Positions 1-12,895 are shown, counted from the stretch's first letter. The stretch is DNA of 64,000 nt from Marsupella aquatica (GCA_973895155.1 OZ316897.1:11369832-11433831), one strand, 5' to 3'. Translations and numbers: made by a program. Notes: a model not told the origin generated them from the sequence alone.

Positions 1-1324
1 ACGGGAACAATTCATGGACAAGATAGGTATGCGAATTCAGGCCACCACGATATTCCTCACATTGTTACGAGCAAAGGGAGTAGCCCAGACTTATGCAAAT
101 TTGCTAATAAGGGACACAGGATAAGTCTACCTGATTTTGCTGGCTTGAAGAAAGCACACTGAGGCGCGGAGCATATGAGGGCACAATATAGTGGAGTGAA
201 GGGACGACACTCCGCCCGGCCAGGACCATGATCCACCTTCCCAAGAATAGGCTAGATGAGAAATTGGGAGCACAGCTCTCACCGGCAAGACGACATGGGA
301 TCTGTTAACTTCCAAGAAATTCCCACAACGGTTTGACGTACTTCCCTTCCTGTCGGTGTTCCTCAATTAGAGGCTGGAGGCTTGGAGGATCTTTATATAT
401 CCGCCACAATCGAAAAGCTCTTTTCGGCGTACTTTTTCAGTTCTGCACCAGAATGCATAATGATTAATTAGCAAATTGAATTGGTGTGTCTTCAACTTAT
501 AATCCTTATCACTTATCCTTTAGTCATTCCAAACGAGAAATGACAACAGAAGAACGTTAGAACTATCCAAGATTCAAGACTGGGGAATTGCGCAGTGATT
601 GCTTCTAGATCCTTTCTTACTGGACATCCTTTGGTAGACGATTTGGCCTGCCTGAAAATTGTGGTGGGAACATTTGAGACCAAAGGCGGAGAGGAGACAT
701 GAAGTCCATTCGGGCCTTTGCCAACATTTGTAATGAAGGTACCGAGATTGAGGATTCAGAGAAAGGGAGCCATGCAGCCACTGAGGCCTGCAAAAGGAGC
801 ACATATGGCACTCATTTCTCAGGACATAGTTTAGTTTCGGTGCATACCTTGTCAGGGTGCTTCAAGGTAGAGATGTCAATGGATAACAGTACGGTGGCTC
901 CACATCGCCCGAAATGCACGCCCTCTCCCGTCTTATTCTGGCCTTCTGCCGATCCTTGCAAAGCATATGTGCTCCTTGTTGTGACGCCATCTCATCAAGG
1001 CCAAGATTTGCAAGCAATCTCACAGCTAGCTGGGCAAACCTCGAATTCTCACTGGAAATGTCGGTATCTCATATTCTCCGTGATACGAAATGCTTACAAT
1101 CGTCGTGGATCAAAGGATTGTGGGTCTTCAAAGAATTGTGGGTCTTCCAAGGATTTACTGTACTATGACGTTCAGGGCCAGAAGAGCTGGATTTTCGGGA
1201 CAGGGAGTAGTAGGACATGGTTCTCCTCACTCAAAGGTTCTTAATTTTCGTGGATCAGCGCCTTCTGAGGGACGGGTGGTCCACTGATGGCTCGCAACGT
1301 ACCAGGCCCCTTCTCCTCGTGTTG

Positions 1325-1440
1325 TCCCGACCCCTTCGTCTGTCTACCCCACCCTGCTCTATCGCCCCCTTCGTCTGTCTACCCCCGACCCCACCCTGCT
1401 CGCTCGCCCCCTTCGTCTGTCCCCCGCTCGCCCCCGTCCC
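1325..1440. repeat. Short C-rich degenerate tandem repeat (core CCCCTTCGTCTGTC x3)
   Basis: Core seen three times with CTCGCCCC-like linkers. Confidence 0.7.
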
Positions 1441-1659
1441 GTAATAATTGCAGATCAAAATATGATAAAAAGTGTTCTAGATGATAAATCTTGTTAAATT
1501 TTTAGATTAGTGAGTGCACAATGCACATTTTGATGTGTGATTACTGGCAGGGCTCTCGCCCCCTTCATTGTGCTCGGTATCACTCGTGTATGGTTGTTTC
1601 ATTGTATTTAATATATTTGTTCTAGCCTAATATGTTTGTACTATACCAATGTGTTTGTG

Positions 1660-2010
1660 TGACACAAAAGATGTTGAGATGAAAAAAGATATCAAGGTGA
1701 GGAAAAGATATTGATGAGAGTAAAAAATGCCAAGGTGAGGGAAAGAAGTTGAGGTGAGAAAAATGTAGCGAGGAGAGAAAAGAGGATGAGATGAGAAAAA
1801 CATGTAAAGATAGGAAATTACGTCCAGGAGATAAACGATATCAAGAGGGAGGGAAAGATGTCTTGGTGAGATAAAGATGTCAAGGTGAGATCTTGAGGAG
1901 AGAAAAAAATGTTGAGGAGAGAAAAGCCTGGAGAAAAGATGTTGAGGGTGAGAAAAAATGTCGTGGTGTGATCAAAATAATGTTAGAAAAAGATGGCAAG
2001 ATGAAAAAAG
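1660..2010. repeat. Purine-rich degenerate tandem array (AAAGATGTYRAGGTGAG-like units)
   Basis: Many imperfect units such as AAAGATGTTGAG, AAAGATATCAAGGTGAG, AAAGATGTCAAGGTGAG. Confidence 0.6.
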
Positions 2011-2405
2011 GATGTCATGCCAAGGAAACTATGTTGAGCTCGGGGGGCGGGGCACTGTATGAAGGGTCCTACATCACATGCAACGTTGTTAGGTCTAGAC
2101 CCCCTAACTTATAAGTGAAAAATATTTTTTCTCGCCCTTATGTACTTTAAAGCAACCATTTTATACTATGTTTACCCCTAAAAACTTTAAGTAAAGTTTT
2201 GTTTTGAAACAATATCTATATTAAAGAAAAGATAAGTATTTCATAAGTTGGAGCCTAAAATTTTGCAATTATTCAATTTTCTTTGTCTTAACATTCAATG
2301 CAATTTACTTAGCCTTTCCACTTGATAGTACATCCTCCTTACATCTCCTATATAGTCCAAACCATGAAACTAAATAATTATACATATTAATCTATGATTG
2401 TTCAA

Positions 2406-2701
2406 CTCGAGGGTCTCACTATATGGATGTCTCCCCCATCACCTGCGACGTTTTTAGGCCTCAGACCCCCTAAAATGTAAAAAATAAATTAAAAATCCAA
2501 CCTTATAAACTTGAAATATTCTTGGAATATTCTAAAATTTTGGTGAAAAAGACCCTAATGTTCTTACAAGTATCAAAATTTGATTTAAAAGACCCTATTG
2601 TTGTTCTGAGAAAAATCTTAAGTCTTTCCTTCGAACCAATAAAACAACCCTATCCCTTGTTGCACACCATATGTCATTTTTGTGGAAGTGAAACCCCTGA
2701 G
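2406..2701. mobile_element. ~295-bp MITE-like element, copy 1
   Basis: Ends CTCGAGGGT...ACCCCTGAG; flanks TTCAA/TTCAG (possible 5-bp TSD with 1 mismatch); colinear with 2999-3286. Confidence 0.65.
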
Positions 2702-2998
2702 TTCAGCCATCAACTTGTCTATGTTGCTATCTACACTCTCAAATAGATAGCATGGTGGAAACCATACACTATGAATAGGAAACTAAACACTGTTGGTTGC
2801 CTATTCAAGGCATCAGTTCTCTACCTTGCTTCACAAAAGGTTGCATGATTGGATTATTTTATATATTAGAGGGGAATTGAGCCAATGAGAACTTACAACT
2901 CATTTGCTTGAGCTCATGGCCTCATAGAAGAGGCAGAGGTGACCATCATGACAGGTCATCTGAATGCAAAAGAAAGTTTCTCCCAATACGAGTGCAGC

Positions 2999-3286
2999 CT
3001 CGGAGGTCTCACTATATAGATGCCTCCCCCAGCACCTACAACATTTTTTGGCCTCGGATCGGACCCCCTAATATAAGAAAAAAGATATTATTTTTCAATC
3101 CCTATAAAGTTGGAATATTCTGAAAATTTGGTTAGAAAGACACTAATCTTATAAGTCTCAAAATTGGATTTAAAAGACTTTATAGTTCTTCTGAGAAAAT
3201 TCTTAAGTCTTCCCTTCAAACCAATAAAATGACCCTATCCTTCATCACACATGATATGTCATTTTTATGGAAGTGAAACCCCCGAG
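2999..3286. mobile_element. ~290-bp MITE-like element, copy 2
   Basis: Ends CTCGGAGGT...ACCCCCGAG; aligns end to end with 2406-2701. Confidence 0.65.
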
Positions 3287-4240
3287 AGTGGGGCATTGAA
3301 CACCTCAACATTGGGCTTATCATGGGGATTTCACGGTTCTATGATAATGATGGAGTAGAATAAATACAAATCCTAGTAAAAAAGGGCCTCGTGAGTGAGC
3401 CAGATGGGCGCGCTACGGACGAAGTTGCAGGATGGGCGAGCCGGGAGGCCGTGAGCATATTAAAGGTACCCGGGAGGCGCTACCGAGAGTGAGTGGCGGG
3501 GTGCCAGCCGGAGGAGCCGGGCCTCCTTGCATAGGGCCGTGTGCCCAAACGGAGATCCCGACAGGAGCGAATGGCAGGGGGCACAAGGTGGCGAGCCGTT
3601 CTCATGGGCGTGAGTCGGGGCAAGCCATAGGGAGGTGCATGGTGGCCGGGGCGCACGGGGGCAGTCGGGAGGTGTAGCCGGGGCGCGAGGGAGAAAACAA
3701 AAGGGGGATTAAATCCCTCGATATGAGGCCGCGAGCCCAGGATGGGGCAAGTCAGGATAGGCCGCGAGCTAGGAGGCAGCTGGGCCCATAAAGAGCCGGG
3801 CGCACGGCAGCGCAACAGGAGGAAGGAATTAGAAGGAAAAAACAAAAGGGGGTTAAAATCCCCTATAGGAGGGCACAAAGCCATATATAGGAAATTGTGA
3901 GAGAAAAGTGGGGCCAAAACAAACTCTCCTCTCCCCTATAAAACTCCTCCCCCTTCTCTTATGCCTAACATGGTTTCCTCTCTCATGCCGGCTGCATTTG
4001 GTTCTCTCTCTTATTATTTGGAGCTCTTACCTTGGTTTATTCCCCCTTTCCTTGGGGCTTAGTGTTCATTATTTTGGGGGACCTTGTGTCTATAGTAGCG
4101 CTGGCAGCATTGGGTGGGCAGTGGTTGACTCTTGGAAGGGAATTAAGAGTGACATTCGTGATCGTGATACGGGGGCTATTCGGGCCAGAAATTGTACGGT
4201 GTAACGGGAATTGTTGTGATAGTAGAATTTTTTAGTGTGG

Positions 4241-4492
4241 ATGTTTGATCCACCTGAGTTCAGTACAGCCCGTGTTCGTCGATACAAGGCTGCTTACCGG
4301 GATTACATTGCCACACAAATTAGGGAGGAGGGAGAGAAACGACGTTCAGCAACCATGAGTACCGGATCCGGAACGCCTGGCACTTCGGTTGTATGGAAGG
4401 TTTTCCGTAGGGTGTACCCCCGCACTTCTGCCAAGGTGATGGAAGAGGGCAAGGAGATTTTTCAGGCTACAGGGCTCACCAACTTCATGGAT
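4241..4492 (+). pseudogene. 5' part of an uncharacterised transposon-associated ORF split by the nested element
   Basis: MFDPPEF...ATGLTNFMD runs directly into the left TIR; joins in frame to 20277-21113. Confidence 0.6.
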
Positions 4493-4524
4493 CTAACATT
4501 TCACTAACTCTGGAGATTCTTTTG

Positions 4525-4640
4525 TCCAAAGTTGAAGAATGAAATTTCCAAAACATTCATTTCAAAAATCCAAAAACGTGATCTGAAATTTCCAAAACCC
4601 AAAATTGAAGTTTCCAAAAGCATACTTTTAAATTTCCAAA
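4525..4640 (+). repeat. Left subterminal array: TCCAAA at an exact 22-bp period
   Basis: TCCAAA starts at 4525, 4547, 4569, 4591, 4613, 4635. Confidence 0.9.
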
Positions 4641-4882
4641 ACCTAGTCCATTGGATGAATTACGAATTCAAAGGCAATGAAAAAAGTACTCCTTCAAATG
4701 AATGACTGAAATTACTCTTTATAATAAATGGGGCACTAACGGTGGTGCCATACATATATTTTGATATCCCTTCATGGGACTTCATAATTGTTGGGTTTTT
4801 TGCTAACTACAACATCGTTTTCTGCTAAAGTGACTACAAAGTTGACTAGACAACTACACATATTTGACTAGATAGCTACACT

Positions 4883-6300
4883 CACTAGTAGAAATCGGGG
4901 GTATTTAGACCCCATTAAACGACTATTCAGTACCATATAGGACTTGGAAACGACTGGGAAGGACTCAGTCCTTTATAGGACTATGAGTCGTATGTTTTGT
5001 TACTATAATCAACTGAGTCCTTTATAGAACTGGTTTATAAGTCATTTTATAGACTGAATTTTCAGTCTATTGTAGTCTTTGTGTGGGTAGGTTTGGTGAG
5101 TCTTTTTCAGTCTTTTATGGGCTGCGATGGTGAGTCGTTGTAACGACTCAAAAGGTTATGGAGGGTAGTCTTTAAGTATACTTTGTGGGTTTATAAAATG
5201 ACTAAAGTAGACACTTTGTGGGGTATGTATAAGTCTTTCATGTCAACTGGAAATGAGTGATGAAGACCCCACTATACTACTTGGAATGAACTCACTCTTG
5301 TGCACAAATAACACATTCCATTCATGTTTTATTGTGTACTTGGAATGAACTCACTCTATAAGCTCACCATTCACCATGTTAACATTAGAACCTCACACAA
5401 ATTTTCAGAAATCTTCTATACCATGTACACTAATATGAATTCACAGATTCAAACATCATAGACTACAAAGAAGGTCACAAAACATTCGTCTATACCATAC
5501 ACACTAATACTGAAATGATACAAAATAGATTCAAGTATCATAGACAATCACCATAGAGCCATAGTTTGACATCAATCACTTGTTTCATACATACAGAATT
5601 CAGAAATATGAATGTCACACACAACGGCTCCTTCATCCTCTTTACCAAATGGAAAAATTGGTACAGATATTTCTTGGATCTTTCCAAGGCAATGTCAAAA
5701 TGTTACACAATTCACATGATTCTATCTACACTTGCATTCAGTCACTGCAGACTAACACACTCTAATGGCCAGAGCACAAGAAATCCTACTGCATCTGCAA
5801 TTATTTCCTGAGGTGGATCATCGTCTCTATTCGGAAATGACAAATTACAATCAGATACAATCACTGTAGTCAACAACACTACTACATCGTCATCCGGGAC
5901 CACTTTGCCATGGAATTTAGCATGATCCGGTCGCAAAATGCCTGTACCGACACATACCTGCGAGTCATCCTCCCATGATAGAAGATTATGGACTGGCTCT
6001 GCTGTGGCTATCACCTCCACCTTACCCTGGCTGTTTTTCTTGGCTTTCCTGGGTGGCTTATACATGACATTATTCATACCTTGGTTGCGAGTCATGACTT
6101 TGGCACGAGTGTTTTGTGCTGGTGATCGAGAATTGGCTACACTCTTCTTCAAAGAATCTGCATCCATATTTGACACTTCCGATTGTGTAGCAGGATTTCC
6201 CTGCAACATCATCTCAGTATCTGCCAACATTGTACTAATCATATCAAGAATATGTGTGAACTAACAAATGAAGGATAGCTTCGTCACAGACACCTATTTC
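4883..6300 (-). mobile_element. Truncated CACTA (En/Spm) fragment nested in the large element
   Basis: CACTAGTAGAAA terminus at 4883, GACT/AGTC-rich subterminal repeats to ~5260, then a TnpA-like 3' exon; second terminus not found. Confidence 0.65.
5742..6242 (-). pseudogene. C-terminal part of a CACTA TnpA/Tnp1-like protein (Tnp1/En/Spm-like, DUF8039-type domain)
   Basis: VGTGILRPDHAKFHGKVVPDDDVVVLLTTV...LSFP...IADAVGFLVLWP matches the V-G-x-G...H...V...LP.P...A.G..V.WP pattern. Confidence 0.6.
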
Positions 6301-6686
6301 TCCTCCTTCCTAAACTCTGTCCATCTTCCAAAACCTTGTCACAGACACCCATTTCTCCTCCTTCCTAAACTTTGTCCATCTTCCAAAACCCCTGCCAAAG
6401 CCTCCCCTCTCCCCTCTGCAATCTGCCATAGTCCAATTGTGTCCGCCTTCAAGCCAAAATGACTCCTCTTCTCCTCTCCTCTGCTATTGGGCCAAACCAA
6501 AAGGAACGATTCCAGGGTTGCGCATTGCCCTTCACCCCTCCCTCCAAATGGGGCTAATTCTAATCTATATGAAACATATTCACTAAATTCTATCCGTAAT
6601 CTGAAGTACTAAGTCCCGCCTACTCTTTACTCCTGTGTTTATTCTACAGAATTTTGACGTTTGTCTGTGAACTTTGCTGACTACTT

Positions 6687-7646
6687 TCACAAACTCCCTA
6701 AAATTGTGGTGAATAGCCCATGCGCAACTCCTAGGCCTTTTGCGCATTGATTAGTTTCATGCTCAATGAAGTCTTCCTTACGAGACATCCACAATATGAT
6801 CTCTATGTGCCGAGGAGTAAGTTCTGAAGTTGTCAATTGGAGAACATCATATTTGCACACTGGCCACGACGCAAAAAGCGAATTAGATTCCCCAAACCCC
6901 TGCAGTTGAGTGTATATTTGTTGATACTGTTTCCGGTCTTCAGCTAAATTCAGACTGGACCATTTTGGAGTGTTTCGCCACAAATACACACGCACATCTC
7001 TTGCCAAGGCCAACTCCTGCAACACTGGTTGAAGTTTGTTGCTTATAAACGTATCTGCAAGGAAACCATTATTATTGCCGTTGAAGCAATCACAAAACAA
7101 CGTCGAGTATTCGGGGTTAAAGAAACTTCTATGAGGTAAATCATCAAGAAGGATGGTGTTGCTGTCATTATAAGGTACGCTTGTCCAATCTCCATATAAA
7201 ACAAGGTCATCCCAAATATTTCTCAGTAATTTCACAAAGCAATTTTTCCCTTTGTTTCTTCCAGCCCCATAAAATATCCCAGTCGACAAGGCTTCCACTT
7301 CAGTTCTCACAAAGACAAATTGATGCTTCTCGTTGGGAAACACTTTCTCCAAAATCTCATGCACATTATGATATACGACACAGGCCCATATCCCCACATC
7401 AAATGTTTGAAGACACCATTCAACGAAGCACCGCATTCCCGGTCTTACATAGATGATTCTATTCTTTAGAAACAATGTCTCCCCGTTTTCAGTATTTATA
7501 TCCCTAAGAGACTTTTCTCGCACTCCCGATATTTGCACAATATGTAAGACAACATTCATGTCAAGTACGAGCAGTTTACGAGGAACGGTGTTTTGTATAA
7601 AAGTTTCCATATTGTATGTTACAATTTCTGCAGAGTGACGAAACAA
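6687..7646 (-). CDS. FCP1/SCP (NIF) HAD-family phosphatase-like protein, transposon cargo
   Basis: RKLLVLDMN, YVRPGMRCFVEWCLQTFDVGIW, FVKLLRNIW and NTILLDDLPHRSFFNP motifs; 5' end probably spliced (TGCAG acceptor at 7628). Confidence 0.8.
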   Translation of the reverse strand: MFRHSAEIVTYNMETFIQNTVPRKLLVLDMNVVLHIVQISGVREKSLRDINTENGETLFLKNRIIYVRPGMRCFVEWCLQTFDVGIWACVVYHNVHEILEKVFPNEKHQFVFVRTEVEALSTGIFYGAGRNKGKNCFVKLLRNIWDDLVLYGDWTSVPYNDSNTILLDDLPHRSFFNPEYSTLFCDCFNGNNNGFLADTFISNKLQPVLQELALARDVRVYLWRNTPKWSSLNLAEDRKQYQQIYTQLQGFGESNSLFASWPVCKYDVLQLTTSELTPRHIEIILWMSRKEDFIEHETNQCAKGLGVAHGLFTTILGSL

Positions 7647-7757
7647 TAAATGAACATCAATATCGTAAAGTCAATGCAAGAGCATAACATCAGTTACGAC
7701 GCATTGCAGCGTATGGAAGTCTGACGATAACCTATTCCACACGAGAATTGCGTAGAT

Positions 7758-10700
7758 CTAACTCAAATGGTGACAATAAAGGCTTAGAACAATATTCCTC
7801 CTTTCAGCATCAATGTCCTCGGCTTTGAAATCAATAGGCTTCTCCCTACTCCGGTAATCGGCAAATTTCATGACAAACACTCCGTAGTTGTAGTCATCGG
7901 TTTGAAGAGGGATGTCTTTACAATAGTTTCTCGGCCATGACAAAGCATTAAGTTCCTTATGAGTTCTGAACATGGCTTCATCATCTAGATATGTTGCTAG
8001 GTTCTCAAGAACTTCAAGGTTATCTCCGTGCAAAGAATCCAAGTAGTCCAATTTCCTAAGACCCATGTCAATGACGACCAGTGCCCAATGGTTATGTCCC
8101 TCATGAATAGGGACCATGACCATCTCTACATCAGTTAAAAAGTACTCCAACTTTGAGGTCCAAGTTTGAACATCGTCATACTTATATCCACCTTGAGCAA
8201 GTTCCGAATAGAACCAAGTATCAAAAATATGAACCTGTGGGAGGTCGGTACTCGCGGATTCTGCTCTCAAAGCAATCAGACCAAAATAAGCATTCAAAAT
8301 TTCAGAAGTTATCCATCGCTCGGGACCTAGACATGCCATCTCGCGACGAGTTATGACGCATCCACTGATTGTTGACAAAACTAAATCCTGATCCATGTTA
8401 GGGTTGAGGCAAAAGTCTATTGCCACATCATCGTTCAGGTTGAGAGAAGTGGGAAAGAGTGAATTGGCACCTGCCTCATTCGCAGGCTCCACTGCAAGTT
8501 CCACGGCAACATTATCGACATGTCCGATGACGGGCTCGACCTTGCATGGACCCTGATTTTCTGCCCAAGTGTGGGGAGGGGATGGATTGACGATGTTAAC
8601 GGCCTCTTGAACTCCAATGACAACCCAAAGGTAATCGGAAGGATCCTCAAACACAACCGGTGCAATATCATTTACAATTGAGTCCACCTCGCCAAACGAC
8701 CCCACACGAGGCTTGCATAGAGATAGAGGTATCCCATCGTCATTGTGTTCTTCCTCCACAAGAGGTCCTTCGAAACTCCCTAAGTGGTGGATCGGTCTTT
8801 GCGCCTCACCAAATTCCCATGGACGGCGAATCTGTTCCCCAACATGAATCATTCCAACACAAGGATCAGAAAATCTGTTATTGTCTTGATGGGAGACTGT
8901 TCCATTGACATGATAGTGCCTCCCTTCCTTTGCGCCACTTGCATTAGAGTTTTGCATTGAGCTGCCCTCCCCTCCTGGAAGTTTCCATAAGGATTTTGCG
9001 AATTGTGCGACACCCTCCAACGACTTGACATTCTCCGCATAAGCCGTGAGGTCCATCACATCCCCCCTTTCCGAACAAAATGAGAAACATTCCCTTTCTA
9101 GAAGCAGGGCATTCTTTAAAACTTGCCCACCAGTAAAGAAGTCCAACACAATTTCCTCCTTCTCAGAAAATCGAAGAATGATTGCCTTGATAATTCTACT
9201 GGGCTTAATGTTTGATGTAAATGTTCTGCCACCGGGGGTTCGGAAAGGAATGAGTCTATACAAGCGATCTCCAAGAGCAAATTTTCGCTTTGCTGCAACC
9301 TCTTCCTTGGAAAGGCCAACATAATCTTCTTTGGCTGGTCTTGCCAGTTTAAGCTGATCCATGGATTCTGCCAAGAAATGACCTTGAAACCCTCTGAAAT
9401 GTTTTTCCCAATCCGGTTCTCATTCTTGGGAGACTCCAAGGAAAACAATGGACTCAATAATACCCGGCATGAAATGCGATGAGCGGACTCTTTCGCACTC
9501 TTCCAATAGCTTCCATACTCCAGATGAGCATTATAACTGGAAGGTAGATCAGTGACAACTTCAATAATTTTGGCCAGCAAGAGACCTGGGTGCACGAAAA
9601 ACACGACAGTCACCAAGTCGTTGGTGGGGACATTCATGACAGTCTTCAAGAAATTCAGCAGCTCCGATTGTGTCCAGGTATTTTGAATTGAGTGTGTCAT
9701 CATTAATCCTCTCCCTACAACCCGTCGAATCAAAAGGAGGCTCCACGGAAGCAAGAAGATTCCCAGAGTAAAATATTCGATATGGATCCATTCTCTCGCG
9801 GACAGTTCCCCCAAATTTCTTTTGGTAAATATTCCGTAACCTATTCTTCAAAGGTTCCGGCATATCGGATTTTGCAGAGACCTTGACTAAACTCTTGAAA
9901 TAAGCATTGTTGACCATTGAGCAACATTGATCCAATTCTTCATTTGTGAAATTAAACTCGCGGACCACGTCCGACCAAACGGCCCCAACATTGAAAACAC
10001 TTTCATAGGTCTTGCGGTAGAACCGCAAGATTGCACCTTTTAGCTTTTCAGTATACTTGGCTTTCATGGCAAGATCGGACATTGAAGGTATATTTGTCCT
10101 TGCATGTCTTCTCTTCATCAAGAGAACCTCTCCCGATTGAACTTTATTCAAGATAGAGGTAATGTCAGATTCTTGCGCCCCCTCAAATACCCTGAATGTC
10201 GTCCCAGTAAGCTGCTTTGCTTCCCTCTTCTTCCCAGTCATCTCTCCATTGTTGTCAGGTAAACTACCGGACAACCAACTATTGCAGGCCAACATCCACA
10301 ACTTATAGAGGCTCTCCGATGCGAAAAGGATCTAGTTGTATTCGCTGATGCTACTCACTTTCAGTGTGACTTTGGCCAACCCTTCGTAATCCCGAAACCC
10401 AACAACAAACGGTAAGAACAACACAGTAAACCAAACCTTTGGAGAAGGTATCTTAGAGCCAAGCCTCGGATTCTACACGAGGCTTGTGTGGACCACAAAA
10501 GAAATTATGGTGTCAACAAGAACGAACCTGGAATTCCTGGGATTTTCGCCCTGATGGCACTGGCCGCACTGGTTGATTCATTTCCGAATATTGCATTCTC
10601 GCATGCTTGACCTGGTCAATGAATGGTGACGAGAAACGATGTGCTTCAGCTTGCAAGTTGTTTGCATGTGAAATTTCAACCAACACCTTAACAGGTGTTG

Positions 10701-12563
10701 ACCCCTTGAGAATTCTTGCACGATGGAATTTGAGGAGGTTGGCAGTTTCAACCAGAGATGGCTATGTCCGAGAACTCCAAATGATTTTCCTCGCGGCCAT
10801 AGTCGAGTGTTGACCACTTATTGCAAAATATTGATACTTGGATAATTGTTTAGAATCAAAATCTCTGACGGAAAGATCGATAAGACTGTAAACACCATTA
10901 ATCATCTTGTAAGGCACCAGATCTTCAGGCAAAGGTTCCTGACCGATATTTGAAATCATCAACTGAACAAGATGGTTGACATGGTCTTTGTTGAGTAACC
11001 GCTCATTCATTTTTGCCGGTGGAGGATAGATATTCATCAAAGGAACGAGGAAAAATTTTGACAGCCCAAAAGAATACCAGCATTGGTTTTGCTGCAAAGT
11101 CTTTTCTGCCCTCTCAAGTCTAGCTCGATCAACGATTACTTTAGAACTCGAGTCCACATTCATCTCTCCCATGTCATCCACGACATCCATCTCAATCATC
11201 TCCACTTTCTTATGTTGTTTCTTCGGGATTGGGACATCAGTTTCCGGTGCCTCTTCCGTTCCCTCAATCTCTCTTTTGCGACCCCTTCCACGCTTGGACT
11301 TCTCCGATCTTGTCACCCCATGGTCTGTGGATACGTCTTGCACTTGAGTATTGACCTTTTGAGATTTTGAGGGCACCTTCTATTTCACGACAACGGAAGG
11401 TGTTGCAGTGGAAGCCTTACGAGACAAATCCATCTTAACGACACCTTTTGATACGGGTTTTGCTATCTCTTCCACAACTGCCTGCTTCTTTTGAGCCTTC
11501 TTCCTGACAGCCTTCTTCTATTCTGGCATTTCGGCCGCTTTAATCTTCTTCTGTGGTTGTTTGGACTTTGCAATCTGTGGCCCTTTCACCTTAGTAGAGC
11601 TAGTGCGGATTTTTGCCTGAGGGACATTAGCTTTCCCAACCTTCTCTGGAAGAGTGATCTTTGAAGACAATCTCTTCTTCTTGGAAGGAGGAGCATCTTC
11701 TCCATTCGCTTTCTTTTCTTTTTCTTCTGCACCTCCATCTCAGTCTCAGAGTCCTTTTCCTCTTCAGCCTCTGAGCCTCCCACTTCCACGAGTTCTTCAT
11801 CCACGACTTGGATCTCATCTTCAAAGATCTCTTCTGTTCCAACCAACTCAGGACTCAAAGAGTCACTAGGAACAATGCTCGGTTCATCTGAGTGATGTAC
11901 CCTGTGAACTTGATGATCCTGAATCTGAACTTGATGACGATCCAGGTTCATGTACAACTTTGCTTGCTTTGAGATTTGGGCCACCATGTGACGTCCGTGC
12001 CTTTTCTAATTCAAATTGAAGGCCTTCACTACAGGATGGGTCGCAACCCAACGTTTAATCCTTTCCTCGTCAACTGGATCTGGGAAAGCAATTTCCAGAA
12101 TGATCTCGATCTCCTGCCGGAGTTCATCTTCCGATAAAGATAGAGACATGACGTAAACAACATGCCTGGTTGCAGAAAGGTGAGATTGATAATCTTTGAA
12201 GAATAAAAAACTAACCCTTCCCAGCCCTGAAACAATATCCTCAGCAGTGAGAACATTATCTGGATCCATGAAACGATGAGTGGATGGATCAAAAAATCCT
12301 AAGGACGTTATGTTCATTGTCGCATCATTTGGCTCAAGACAATGTGCGCAACAATATTGTTCAACGGCAAGAGAGAACTCTCTATATCCACAATTAACGC
12401 GGTCCTCCACCGTCACTGTCAGAAAGATCTTCCCCTTCTGGTGCTCTGGTGCTTTTTAAATCCTACAATCGGCAAGCACACCCAAGTACTTCTAAAACCT
12501 TTTGGGCTTGGCAATAACGATCCCCCACAACCAACACCTCCAAGTGTCACCCTCCATACGCAT
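7758..12563 (-). pseudogene. Long multidomain cargo gene: unknown N-terminus, acidic/Lys-rich linker, ParB/Srx-like domain, DNA amino-methyltransferase-like domain, Ulp1/C48 SUMO protease
   Basis: ORF pieces 12416-12006, 11987-11586, 11376-10762, 10301-9561, 9814-9116 and 9374-7758 link through in-frame stops, frameshifts and a likely intron (~10527-10383). Motifs: ERLLNKDHV...YFAISGQHSTMAA; KPSRIIKAIILRFSEKEEIVLDFFTGG; WITSEILNAY...NHWALVVID...YLDSL...PLQTDDYNYGVF. Confidence 0.75.
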
Positions 12564-12895
12564 TTCAAAAGACCATGAATTGACGATTGGATTTTGGTGG
12601 CTAACAGTGTTTTGACTTAGCAGCTGCGGTAGGTGCGGGTGGCTGAAACAAACATACGGGAATCCTAGGAAAGAACCAATACGGAAGATTTAGAACAAAG
12701 TCCAAGATGTCAAAACAAATGCCGAGATTTTATTATTCACAAAAATGGACAATCCGTCCAGAAAACAACTCATTCGACCAAAATGGACTTTGCCCGCTCG
12801 ACTACCATCTTCTAAAGTTGGGGCACATATTCATCTGGGTGCCTCAAACTCCAACTAAACAATTCGTCTAGTACTAAGTTCTAGGGAAATGTCTC

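Noticed and set aside
699-1244. 181-aa ORF
   Set aside because: No recognisable motifs; probably degenerate repeat-derived sequence.
3400-3920. ORFs in a GC-rich tract
   Set aside because: Low-complexity translations; more likely the promoter or internal repeats of the outer element.
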